Positions 56,385-64,000 of a DNA stretch of 64,000 nt are shown piece after piece. The position numbers were made by a program, and so were the translations under genes. The notes beneath the pieces are model-generated. The model worked only from the letters and a program-made list of their open reading frames with translations. It did not search any database and had not been told where the DNA came from. Position 1 is the first letter of the stretch. Every line of letters begins with the position of its first letter. The stretch is from an uncultured Gemmatimonadales bacterium (lineage in GTDB: Bacteria > Gemmatimonadota > Gemmatimonadetes > Longimicrobiales > RSA9), in contig CAWCUS010000001.1 in the NCBI GenBank assembly GCA_963798845.1, positions 567,850 through 631,849 on the forward strand. The letters are read 5' to 3'.

Positions 56385-56546
56385 CCGGACCCGCTATCGG
56401 GTTCTGTCAGAGGGAACTGTTGGTCGCTGTCCCCCTACCACCCCGGCCCCCCTGTCGGGTTCTGTCAGAGGGAACTGTTGGTTGCGGTCCCCCAACCACC
56501 CCGGACCCGCTATCGGGTTCTGTCAGAGGGAACTGTTGGTCCCCCC
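56381..56546. repeat. 58-nt tandem repeat (~2.8 copies), each unit containing the TCGGGTTCTGTCAGAGGGAACTGTTGGT box
   Basis: Identical 28-nt cores lie at 56397-56424, 56455-56482 and 56513-56540, so the period is exactly 58 nt. The inter-core segments are themselves related (GTCCCCC[T/A]ACCACCCCGG[C/A]CCC). The array fills the gap between the stop at 56613 and the start at 56384. Confidence 0.9.
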
Positions 56547-56612
56547 GCCCCCCACGGCCTCCTCCGCCTGCCATGACGCCGCCGCACACCCTCTCCGTTC
56601 CCCCGACCCGTG

Positions 56613-57980
56613 TCAGATGAGCAGCGGGATCGCCAGCAGAACGAGGAACCCGCTCACGATCATCTGTCCCACCAGAGAGTTGAGCCGATCCGAGTTCGAT
56701 GCGTTGTAGGCACCGCCGTCCGGCTTGTCGAACGCCAGTGCCCCATTGGTGACGGAGATGTCCGCCAGCTTTTCGCCGTTCAGGCTCAGCTGCCCGCTCC
56801 CGCCGCTCGCGGCGTCGTTCCCCGACAGGACGAGCGCGAGGGCGGCGCGGTTGCCGTTGCGGACTGCGGTGACGGAGATGTCGTCGGTGAAGTCCTGCCC
56901 ACCCGCCGCGAACGTCTCCGTGAGCGCATACGTGTACCGCCGCTCACCGGCGTCGAAGGCGCCGTGGATCGTGGACGCGGTCGCCCCGGTTTCGTCACTG
57001 CCGCTGCCGGTCCCATCGATATCGAAATCCATGGTGACCGTGCCGTTGCTCATCGTGCCCACCGCGCTGAGCGTCTCGGACCACTGGCTCCCCGTCTCTG
57101 TGATGGAGTGGGCCTCTACGTAGTCGGCCACGACCAGCGTCCCGTTCGTGGTTTCGACGATGCGGATGCCCACCTTCGGGGTGGCACCCTCATCCCGCGG
57201 CGTCAGATCGATGTAGCCTCGCTCGTTCACGGGGACCAGAATGCCACCCAGCCCGTCCGTGTAGTACCAGATGATGCGGACGCCATCCGCCGGCGCGCCG
57301 GTCCGCCCCGGGTCCTCCACCCACGCGCCGGTCTGTGCATCGTAGGTGAACGTCTTCCCGGCAGCGTCGCCGAACGAGACGTGGGCGACCGACCCATCCG
57401 CCGCCACGAGGTCGGGCGACCCGGCAATCGCGGGGGACGCGGCAATCGCGGGGGACGCGGCAATCGCGGGGGACGCGGCGATCGCGGGGGACGCGGCAAT
57501 CGCGGGGGACGCGGCAATCGCGGGCGACCCGGCGATCGCGGGGGACGCGGCGATCGCAGGCGACCCGGCAATCGCAGGCGACCCGGCAATCGCGGGCGAC
57601 CCGGCGATCACGGGGGACGCGGCGATCGCGGGCGACCCGGCGATCGTGGGCGACCCGGCGATCGCGGGCGACCCGGGCAGTGCACTTCGGAGTGCGAGCA
57701 CCATCGCCGCCAGCGAAGCGGGGCCGGTCCCGAACCCGCCGGCGAGTGCGACGCCGGGATAGGCCGCGATGCTGTCCAGCGCCTCGGCCATGAGTCGGTT
57801 CGCCGGAGACACGGCTTCGGCGACCCCGAAGTCTTCCTGCATGTCGGCCTGCAGCCCGGTGGGATCGAGGTCCGTGAGCAGCGAGTCCACATCCACGGGG
57901 TTGTCGCCGGAGCAGGCCGCCAGGGCCGCGGCGAGAGCCACGGCCACGGGAGCGAGGAGCGCGCGCGAGCGGGATTTCAT
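56613..57980 (-). CDS. lipoprotein with 14 tandem SPAIA(G/A) hexapeptide repeats and a C-terminal hydrophobic tail
   Basis: A lipobox is present (MKSRSRALLAPVAVALAAALAAC). Residues 104-187 form the hexapeptide array. A beta-rich domain follows, and the protein ends in MIVSGFLVLLAIPLLI. Confidence 0.7.
   Translation of the reverse strand: MKSRSRALLAPVAVALAAALAACSGDNPVDVDSLLTDLDPTGLQADMQEDFGVAEAVSPANRLMAEALDSIAAYPGVALAGGFGTGPASLAAMVLALRSALPGSPAIAGSPTIAGSPAIAASPVIAGSPAIAGSPAIAGSPAIAASPAIAGSPAIAASPAIAASPAIAASPAIAASPAIAASPAIAGSPDLVAADGSVAHVSFGDAAGKTFTYDAQTGAWVEDPGRTGAPADGVRIIWYYTDGLGGILVPVNERGYIDLTPRDEGATPKVGIRIVETTNGTLVVADYVEAHSITETGSQWSETLSAVGTMSNGTVTMDFDIDGTGSGSDETGATASTIHGAFDAGERRYTYALTETFAAGGQDFTDDISVTAVRNGNRAALALVLSGNDAASGGSGQLSLNGEKLADISVTNGALAFDKPDGGAYNASNSDRLNSLVGQMIVSGFLVLLAIPLLI
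57420..57671. repeat. 18-nt tandem repeat x14 (two unit types) inside the lipoprotein gene
   Basis: The units are GGCGACCCGGC(A/G)ATCGC(G/A) and GGGGACGCGGC(A/G)ATCGCG. They encode AIAGSP and AIAASP on the minus strand. Confidence 0.9.
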
Positions 57981-58283
57981 GGATACGCCTTTGTTCTGGT
58001 CGGGAGAACGGGGGTGCGCGGCAGTCGGCAGTCGGGCTCTGGCGGCCGTCGGTGCGGACGCGAGAACGGTAGCGCGGCCCGCGGGGTGCCGCAATCCGCG
58101 AGCGCCCCGGCGCAATCCGTCGACGGCGCCGCCGCGCGCTGGCCCGCGCGCCTCCTTCTCCCGGAGGTCAGCGTGCCGCCGCGGCACCTTCGCCGGAGGT
58201 TCGCACGCCGACGCTCTGCACGATAACTTGCGTCCCTTCTTCACCAAGCAGCGTCTGTCGTCCACCCGATCAGGAACGAACGC

Positions 58284-58832
58284 ATGAACGGAAGCCGCTG
58301 GCTCATGATTCTCGGCGCCGTCGTGGCGGTGCTGGTCATCATCCAGATCATCAACATCGGGGTCTCCGACAACCCGCCGGTGGAGCAGGACCTCGCCGCG
58401 CCGCCCGAAGTCAGCCAACTCCTGCACCGGGCGTGCTACGACTGTCACTCGAACGAGACCGTATGGCCGTGGTACTCGCGGGTCGCGCCATCGAAGTGGC
58501 TGGTGGGCCATGACGTGGCCGAAGGGCGAGGCGAGCTGAACTTCTCCACCTGGAACCGCTACGAGCCGCGCCGCATGGCGCGCAAGGTGAAGGAGATCGC
58601 GGACCAGGTGGAGCGGGGCGAGATGCCGCCGCGGCTGTACACGCCCATGCACCCGGCGGCCCGGCTCACCGTCGAGGAGCGCCAGCAGATCGTGGCCTGG
58701 GCCAGGGCGTACGCCCAGGAGATCGCGGACGCGAACGGCATCGACCTGAATGCGCCTCGACCCGGGCCGGGCGAGGCGGGGGGCCGGGGAGGTGAGGGCG
58801 GCGCCGGGGGGGCCACCGGCGGGGGCCATTAG
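58284..58832 (+). CDS. heme-binding-domain (Haem_bd-like, CxxCH) membrane-anchored protein
   Basis: An N-terminal TM segment is present (WLMILGAVVAVLVIIQII). The core is LLHRACYDCHSNETVWPWYSRVAPSKWLVGHDVAEGRGELNFSTW...GEMPP. The tail is Gly-rich. Confidence 0.65.
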   Translation: MNGSRWLMILGAVVAVLVIIQIINIGVSDNPPVEQDLAAPPEVSQLLHRACYDCHSNETVWPWYSRVAPSKWLVGHDVAEGRGELNFSTWNRYEPRRMARKVKEIADQVERGEMPPRLYTPMHPAARLTVEERQQIVAWARAYAQEIADANGIDLNAPRPGPGEAGGRGGEGGAGGATGGGH

Positions 58833-58883
58833 GCACCCCGCCCGGGGTCCGTGATGGTCCTGGCGTGATCCTGATCGGGCGAG

Positions 58884-59784
58884 TCAGCCGGCCGACGCCG
58901 CCACCATCCGATTGAGATAGGCCCAGCGCGCGTCCACGTCCGCCTGGATGTGCGTGATGGCCGCATCGTCGAGGTGCCGGAAGCGGCCCTGGGCCCTGAT
59001 GTATGGACCCACTGGGTCGCCCGTGCTGTCCACTGTGAAGTGCCAGCGGTCGCCGTTCTCCACCTCCATGAGCGGGAAGACGCGGTTCTGCACCGCCATC
59101 CGGCCCAGCTCGATGGTCATCTCGTCCGGCACCTTCCATCCGGGAGGACATGGCGACAGGATGTGCAGGAAGCGGGTCCCCCGGATCGCCTTCGCCTTCC
59201 GGACCTTCTCCAGCAGGTCGAGCGGATAGGCGGTGGATGCGGTCGCTGCGTACGGGATCCGGTGCGCTGCCAGGATGCTGAGAATGTCCTTCTTCTTCGT
59301 GGACTGCGGCTGGTTGGTGGGCGTGGTCGTGGTCCAGGCCCCCCACGGTGTGGCCGACGAGCGCTGGATCCCCGTGTTCATGTACGCTTCATTGTCGTAC
59401 GTGACGTAGAGGATGTTCTCGTTTCGCTCGGCGGCGCCGGAGAGCGCCTGGAGCCCGATGTCGAACGTCCCCCCATCGCCCGCCCACACCATCACCGGTG
59501 GTCTCCGTGTCCCCGCGCACATCGAGCGCGGCGCGGATCCCGGAAGCCACGGCCGCGCCCGTCTCGAACGCGGTGTGGTAGAGCGGCACGTGTAGCGACG
59601 ACTGCGGGTAGGGCCCGGCGATGATGCTCCAGCAGCACGCCGGCAGCACCACCATCGTCTGCTCGCCCAGCTCCTTGAGAACCATCCGCATGGCCAGCGG
59701 CGCGCCACAGCCCGGGCAGGCGAGGTGGCCGGAGTCGAGCAGCTCGAGACGCGGCACCGCGTCCTTGATCATGACCTGGCTCAT
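58884..59784 (-). pseudogene. 2-oxoacid:ferredoxin oxidoreductase beta (TPP-binding) subunit, interrupted by an apparent 1-nt insertion near 59495
   Basis: The N-terminal part is MSQVMIKD...LACPGCGAPLAMRMVLK...HTAFETGAAVASGI. The rest is in the other frame (VMVWAGDGGTFDIGLQALSGAAERNENILYVTYDNEAYMNTGIQ...). The span is 901 nt, which is 3n+1. This may be a sequencing error. Confidence 0.8.
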
Positions 59785-60941
59785 GCCTTCACCCCCACCC
59801 AGAGGTCCTCGCGCGCCGGCGAGTCCACGGCCCGCGTTCGTTCGATCACTTCGTCGATGGTGGCCGGCGTGACGTCACGTCCTCCCAGCCCGAGCACGTA
59901 GCCGTACAGCGTCGGACGGTCGTCCGGCGCCACGTCATAGAGGCCGGCGCGGATCTCTTCCGCGAAGATCCCGCCGTGGCCGGGCGAAACATTGCGGTCC
60001 AGTACCGCCACCTTGGCGGCGCCACCCAGCATCTTCCGCAGCGCGTCGGTCGGGAACGGGCGGAACATCTTCACCTTGACGAGTCCCACCTTCTCTCCGT
60101 CGTCGCGCCGCTGGTCGACGACCTCGCGGGCGGTGGACGTGATGGTGCCGGACGTGACCAGCACCAGCTCGGCGTCTTCGGCGCGATAGCTTTCGAGCGC
60201 GCCGTACCCTCGCCCGGTGAGCACACGCCAGTCTGCGTCGACCTCGGCGAAGATGCGCGCGGCCCGGTGCATCGCCTCCTGCTGGTCCCATCGCATTTCC
60301 ATGTAGTCGTCCGGCCGAACCAGCGCGCCGAACGCACGGGGATCCGCCGTATCCAGCTTGACGCTGGGTTCGCGCTTCGGCAGGAATCCGTCCACCAGCT
60401 CCTGGTCCGGGATATCCACCGGCTCGCTGGTGTGCGACAGGAAGAAGGCATCCAGGATGATCATCACCGGCAGGTCCACCGCCTCGGCCAGCCGGAACGC
60501 CTGGATCGTGGTGTCCAGCACTTCCTGGTTGTTCTCGCAGTACAGCTGGATCCACCCGGTATCGCGCTGGCTCAGGGAGTCGTTCTGGTCGGTCCAGATG
60601 TTCCACCCCGGACCCATGGCGCGGTTGATCTCCGCCATCACGATCGGGTGCCGGGCGTTCGCCGCCCAGTGCAGCATCTCGTGCATGAGCGCCAGCCCCT
60701 GCGACGACGTGGCCGTGAATGCACGCACCCCCGCCGCGCTCGCGCCCACCACCGCCGCCATCGCAGAGTGCTCGCTCTCCACTTTGATGAAGCGGGCGTC
60801 CAGCTCGCCGCTGCCGCACATCTCGCTCAGCATCTCCACGACCTGCGTCTGCGGCGTGATCGGGTACGCCGAGATCACCTCCGCGCGGGCCAGCTTCACG
60901 CCCAGCGACACGGCGTGGTTGCCGACGATGACCTTCCTCAC
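59781..60941 (-). CDS. 2-oxoacid:ferredoxin oxidoreductase alpha subunit
   Basis: A GTG start at 60941 follows GGAGGGA and overlaps the upstream stop. The sequence contains GNHAVSLGVKLARAEVISAYPITPQT...ESEHSAMAAVVGASAAGVRAFTATSSQGLALM. Confidence 0.85.
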   Translation of the reverse strand: MRKVIVGNHAVSLGVKLARAEVISAYPITPQTQVVEMLSEMCGSGELDARFIKVESEHSAMAAVVGASAAGVRAFTATSSQGLALMHEMLHWAANARHPIVMAEINRAMGPGWNIWTDQNDSLSQRDTGWIQLYCENNQEVLDTTIQAFRLAEAVDLPVMIILDAFFLSHTSEPVDIPDQELVDGFLPKREPSVKLDTADPRAFGALVRPDDYMEMRWDQQEAMHRAARIFAEVDADWRVLTGRGYGALESYRAEDAELVLVTSGTITSTAREVVDQRRDDGEKVGLVKVKMFRPFPTDALRKMLGGAAKVAVLDRNVSPGHGGIFAEEIRAGLYDVAPDDRPTLYGYVLGLGGRDVTPATIDEVIERTRAVDSPAREDLWVGVKA

Positions 60942-62683
60942 AGTCCCTCCCGCGTCATCACGATGGCGCCGCGCGGGCACTCTTCCGCGCAGATGCCGCA
61001 CCCCTTGCAGTAGTCCAGGTCGATCTCGAACCCGCCCTCCGGCTTTCGTGTGATCGCGGCGTCAGGACAGAACACCAGGCACACCTCGCAGTCATTGCAC
61101 ACGGCGCAGTTCAGACAGCGCTTCGCCTCCGCCACCGCCGCATCCAGGGCCAGCCCGAGGTTCACTTCGCGGAAATCGATGGGGCCCTGCCGCCACCGGT
61201 CCTCGTGCCGCTCCGCGTGGGCGTAGTGCGCCAGCTGTAGGGCCTCGACGTCCACCACGTCGTTCGTCGGATTGGTACGGCGTACCGGGTCGTCGCCGCG
61301 CCAGCGCGACATGCTCGGCGTCCCCTTGCCCCAACGCAGCGCGTCCATCTCGGGAGCGCCGGCCAGGTCGCCGGTCCGCTCGCGCAGGTAGCGGTCGATC
61401 CCCATGGCCGCCCGCTTCCCCGAGCCCAGCGCGTCGGCCACCGTGCGGTCGCCGCCGGCCAGGTCGCCCCCGGCGAAAAACGTCGCGTTCACGGTCCCGC
61501 CCGCGCCGCCCCACGCGTCCACCAGGACGGCCCCCCTTCCCCTGGCCACCCCCTCGGGGAGCAGGTCGAGCTCCGCGTCCTCACCGATGGCCGAGAGCAC
61601 CGTGTCCACCGGGATGCTGAAGCCGTCGTCCTCGATGGGGACGGGGCGACGTCGCCCGCTGGCGTCCGCGTCCCCTAGCGCCATCCGGGTCACGTGCATG
61701 CGCACGAGCTTCCCCTTCTGATGGTCGAAGGAGGCGGGGGCCGCCAGGAAGACGAACTCGATCCCTTCCCGCATGGCTTCATCCACTTCCTGCGGGATGG
61801 CCGGCATCTCGTTGCGCGTGCGGCGGTAGACCACGATCGGTGTCGAGCCGAGCCGCAGCGCCGTTCGGGCGCAGTCGATGGCCGTGTTCCCTCCGCCGAT
61901 CACCGCGACCCTCGCACCGATCTCCGGGCGCTCGCCCCGGTTCACCGCCTTCAGGAACTGCAGCCCCGCGATGATCCCCGGGCCGTCCTCGCCCGGCACG
62001 CCCAATGGCTTCCCCCGGTGCGCGCCCGTGGCGAAAAACACCGCATCGTAGCCGCTCAGCTCCCCGGCGACGCCCGGCCCGTCCAGCCGCACGCCCAGGC
62101 GGAGCTCCACGCCCAGCGCCTGGATCCTCGCCAGCTGCCGGTCCAGGATGTCCCGCGGAAGGCGGTACGCCGGGATCCCCTGGCGCAGCATCCCGCCCGC
62201 CTCGCGCGCCTCGTCGTAGACCACCACACCGTATCCCAGCCGAGCCAGGTGGTGCGCGGCGGCCAGGCCGGCAGGACCCGCGCCCACGACCGCCACGTTC
62301 TCCCGCCGCGTGCGCTCGGCCGGCTCCGGCAGCGGCCGGGCCAGGATCGCATCGCCCAGCGCCCGTTCCACCGCGTGCACGGCCACCGCTTCATCGAAGT
62401 CGCGGCGGTTGCAGCCGATCTCGCACGGGTGGTGGCACACCCGCCCGGTCACGGCCGGCATTGGGTTCTCCCGCAGCAGCAGATCCAGCGCCTCCTCGAC
62501 GCGGTCCTGGCGCAGAAGGTTCATGTACCCTTCCACGTCGACGCCCGCAGGGCACGCCTGGTTGCACGGTGCCACTCCGTCCCGGTACATGGGCCGGATG
62601 TACTTCCACGACCCGGTCCGGTTCTCCCTGGTCGACGCGCTGCTGATGGAGATCAGCGGCGCCCCCGGTGCATACCTAGGCAT
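60938..62683 (-). CDS. fusion protein: GltD-like NAD(P)H-dependent FAD oxidoreductase (with N-terminal Fe-S domain) + C-terminal 2x[4Fe-4S] ferredoxin (POR delta-like)
   Basis: The N-terminus (CNQACPAGVDVEGYMNLL...GRVCHHPCEIGCNR) is like the glutamate synthase small subunit. Two Rossmann motifs are present (VAVVGAGPAGLAAA, VAVIGGGNTAIDCA). The C-terminus is CLNCAVCNDCEVCLVFCP...YCKGCGICAEECP. Confidence 0.8.
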   Translation of the reverse strand: MPRYAPGAPLISISSASTRENRTGSWKYIRPMYRDGVAPCNQACPAGVDVEGYMNLLRQDRVEEALDLLLRENPMPAVTGRVCHHPCEIGCNRRDFDEAVAVHAVERALGDAILARPLPEPAERTRRENVAVVGAGPAGLAAAHHLARLGYGVVVYDEAREAGGMLRQGIPAYRLPRDILDRQLARIQALGVELRLGVRLDGPGVAGELSGYDAVFFATGAHRGKPLGVPGEDGPGIIAGLQFLKAVNRGERPEIGARVAVIGGGNTAIDCARTALRLGSTPIVVYRRTRNEMPAIPQEVDEAMREGIEFVFLAAPASFDHQKGKLVRMHVTRMALGDADASGRRRPVPIEDDGFSIPVDTVLSAIGEDAELDLLPEGVARGRGAVLVDAWGGAGGTVNATFFAGGDLAGGDRTVADALGSGKRAAMGIDRYLRERTGDLAGAPEMDALRWGKGTPSMSRWRGDDPVRRTNPTNDVVDVEALQLAHYAHAERHEDRWRQGPIDFREVNLGLALDAAVAEAKRCLNCAVCNDCEVCLVFCPDAAITRKPEGGFEIDLDYCKGCGICAEECPRGAIVMTREGL

Positions 62684-63302
62684 TCGTCACCTCCTCCGCC
62701 CCAGCCTCTCCGGGCCCGCCCGCCGCCGCGCCGGTCAGACCCACTCCATCGGCCGTCACCACCGCCTCCGCCGCCTCCCTCGCCGCGGCCCGGTTGGCCT
62801 CCATCCGGGTGGGCACCTCTTCGTCGATGGCCGCGCACACCGAGTCCAGGCTCACCAGCCCCGACCACGCCGCGAACGCACCGAGGATCGCCGTGTTCAC
62901 GATCGGCTGAGAGCGCGACCCGATCCCGTGCGACGTCGCGATCGCGCTCGCGTCCACCGTCGCAACCCGGAACCGCTCCAGCAGCGCGGGATACGCCGAC
63001 GGCGGGCGACCCGTGTTGATCAAGATCCCGCCCCCGCGCTTCAGCCCGGCCGTCACGTCGATCGCTCCCACCAGCGTCGGGTCGAGCACGATCAGGTCGT
63101 CGGGGGCCGTGATCTCGCAGCGCAGTCGGATCGGCGAATCCGCCACTCGCAGGAATGCCGTCACGGGCGCGCCCCGCCGCTCCACACCGAACGCAGGGAA
63201 TGACTGCACCCACCGGCCCTCCCGGAAGAGCGCGACCGCCAGCACCTTCGACGCGATGACCGCGCCCTGCCCACCACGCCCGTGGATGCGCAGCTCACGC
63301 AT
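62676..63302 (-). CDS. 2-oxoacid:ferredoxin oxidoreductase gamma subunit
   Basis: The sequence MRELRIHGRGGQGAVIASKVLAVALFREGRWVQSFPAFGVERRGAPV is the canonical gamma-subunit N-terminus. The gene overlaps the next gene by 8 nt. Confidence 0.85.
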   Translation of the reverse strand: MRELRIHGRGGQGAVIASKVLAVALFREGRWVQSFPAFGVERRGAPVTAFLRVADSPIRLRCEITAPDDLIVLDPTLVGAIDVTAGLKRGGGILINTGRPPSAYPALLERFRVATVDASAIATSHGIGSRSQPIVNTAILGAFAAWSGLVSLDSVCAAIDEEVPTRMEANRAAAREAAEAVVTADGVGLTGAAAGGPGEAGAEEVTNA

Positions 63303-63572
63303 TGGGACTCCTTACGAAGCAGGTATGTCTTGGAGCGGCCGTGAACGCGCTCCGCACCTTGCACCTCCAAGATGCGGGGAACTCTCACCCGGCGACGTAG
63401 GGAGAGGCTTGAAAATGCTGTGGGAGAACGCAGGACGCCCCGGGAGGGGTTTGCCGGAAAATGCCTGCGAGCGGGCCCCGACTCTCCCCGTCCGCATTGC
63501 CCCGCGACCCCCGCCACGGCTAGCTTTCATGCAGTCCCATCGAACCGCGGCACGCGCCGCCCGGAGGTGCCG

Positions 63573-63833
63573 ATGAAGGCCTCGCGCAAAACGAACCGTC
63601 CCGAGCCCACCTCGACGGAGGTCCGACGCGCCGACATCCAGGAGGCGGGTCTCGATCCCGCGGACCTCGACCGCGCCCTCGAATGGGTCCTCCCTCTCGG
63701 CGTCTGCTGCGCCGAGGCCCAGGCCGATGGCGTTCCATGCGCCGGCATCGGCGGCGATTGCCTCGTCTGCGACCTCGCCGACCCGATCAGGCAGCTGCTC
63801 CTCCGCATGGCCGCCACGGCCCGCATTCACTAG
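63573..63833 (+). CDS. small cysteine-rich hypothetical protein
   Basis: The 86-aa product is MKASRKTNRPEPTSTEV...LPLGVCCAEAQADGVPCAGIGGDCLVCDLADPIRQLLL... It has five Cys within 22 residues. Third-position GC is consistent with coding. I recognise no family. Confidence 0.4.
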   Translation: MKASRKTNRPEPTSTEVRRADIQEAGLDPADLDRALEWVLPLGVCCAEAQADGVPCAGIGGDCLVCDLADPIRQLLLRMAATARIH

Positions 63834-63871
63834 GCTGCGGCACGCAGGCGGGACGCCGACGCCGACACGAG

Positions 63872-63990
63872 GGCTGACGGCCGACGCCGCTACCCGGCTG
63901 ACGCCGACGGCCGACACCGGGCTGACGCCGCCGGCCGACGCCGCCGGCCTGACGCCGTCGCCGCCACCGGCCTTACGCCGGCTCCCGTCA
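63872..63990. repeat. degenerate ~24-nt tandem repeat x5 (GGCTGACGCCG..GGCCGAC..)
   Basis: GGC(C)TGACG/GGCCTTACG cores lie at 63872, 63896, 63920, 63945 and 63969. The array may continue past the window end. Confidence 0.6.
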
Positions 63991-64000
63991 ACCCCCGTTC

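Noticed and set aside
56397-56540. Possible mini-CRISPR array: three identical 28-nt repeats separated by 30-nt spacers.
   Set aside because: The spacers are homologous to one another, so the true unit is a 58-nt tandem repeat. There are only three copies and no cas genes in the window. The same core also occurs as an inverted hairpin at 45.4 kb, which fits a REP/MITE-like element rather than CRISPR.
38390-59510. The two 1-nt frameshifts (in AGCS at ~38398 and porB at ~59495) as programmed ribosomal frameshift sites.
   Set aside because: There is no slippery heptamer or downstream stimulatory structure at either site. Both are single extra bases in CC/GG dinucleotide contexts. Neither gene family is known to use recoding. 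A sequencing error or simple mutation is the more economical explanation.
63312-63917. A 201-aa minus-strand ORF overlapping the small Cys-rich ORF and the 24-nt repeats.
   Set aside because: It has no recognisable motifs. Its N-terminus is simply the translated repeat array (SAVGVSRVAASAVSPRVGVGV). The plus-strand 86-aa ORF has the more convincing codon pattern. The question remains unresolved without more sequence beyond the window end.

Overview
This is a very GC-rich bacterial chromosomal segment; I did not compute GC content. High GC produces long spurious antisense ORFs across almost every real gene. The gene content suggests a Gemmatimonadota-like soil bacterium: many ECF sigma factors, a CarboxypepD_reg-type TonB-dependent receptor, a tricorn protease, and Ala/Pro/Gly-rich linkers. 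That taxonomic guess is low-confidence inference. I support about 50 protein genes, one tRNA-Ala, one IS1595-type transposase, several tandem or inverted repeat families, and a few intrinsic terminators. Most of the window is housekeeping or metabolic: acnA, pdxH, tdh-kbl, cstA, uvrD/pcrA, ychF, an aminotransferase, a DmsABC-like molybdoenzyme, a four-gene 2-oxoacid:ferredoxin oxidoreductase operon, transporters, and three L,D-transpeptidases.

I found no recognisable defence, CRISPR-Cas, secretion or prophage module. The items that look unusual are:
1. A cysteine-free, half-size ArsA/Get3-type ATPase translationally coupled to a 69-aa protein ending in Cys-Cys. It sits next to an IS1595 transposase.
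2. Two tandem paralogs that combine a signal peptide, a glycine-zipper segment and a stand-alone TonB-plug-like domain.
3. A conserved ~24-26 nt box (GGTTCTGTCAGAGGGAACTGTTGG). It occurs as a perfect hairpin upstream of the transposase and as a 58-nt tandem array in the 5' region of an amine oxidase gene.
4. A PAS-UbiA/MenA prenyltransferase fusion.
5. An oxidoreductase operon whose delta-ferredoxin is fused to a GltD-like NAD(P)H flavoprotein.
6. A lipoprotein with 14 tandem SPAIA(G/A) hexapeptides, encoded by an 18-nt DNA repeat.
7. A Tat-less DmsABC-like complex.

Three genes are disrupted. Two carry 1-nt insertions and one has an internal deletion. These may be true pseudogenes or assembly errors. 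All functional calls come from reading motifs in the supplied translations; no database search was run.
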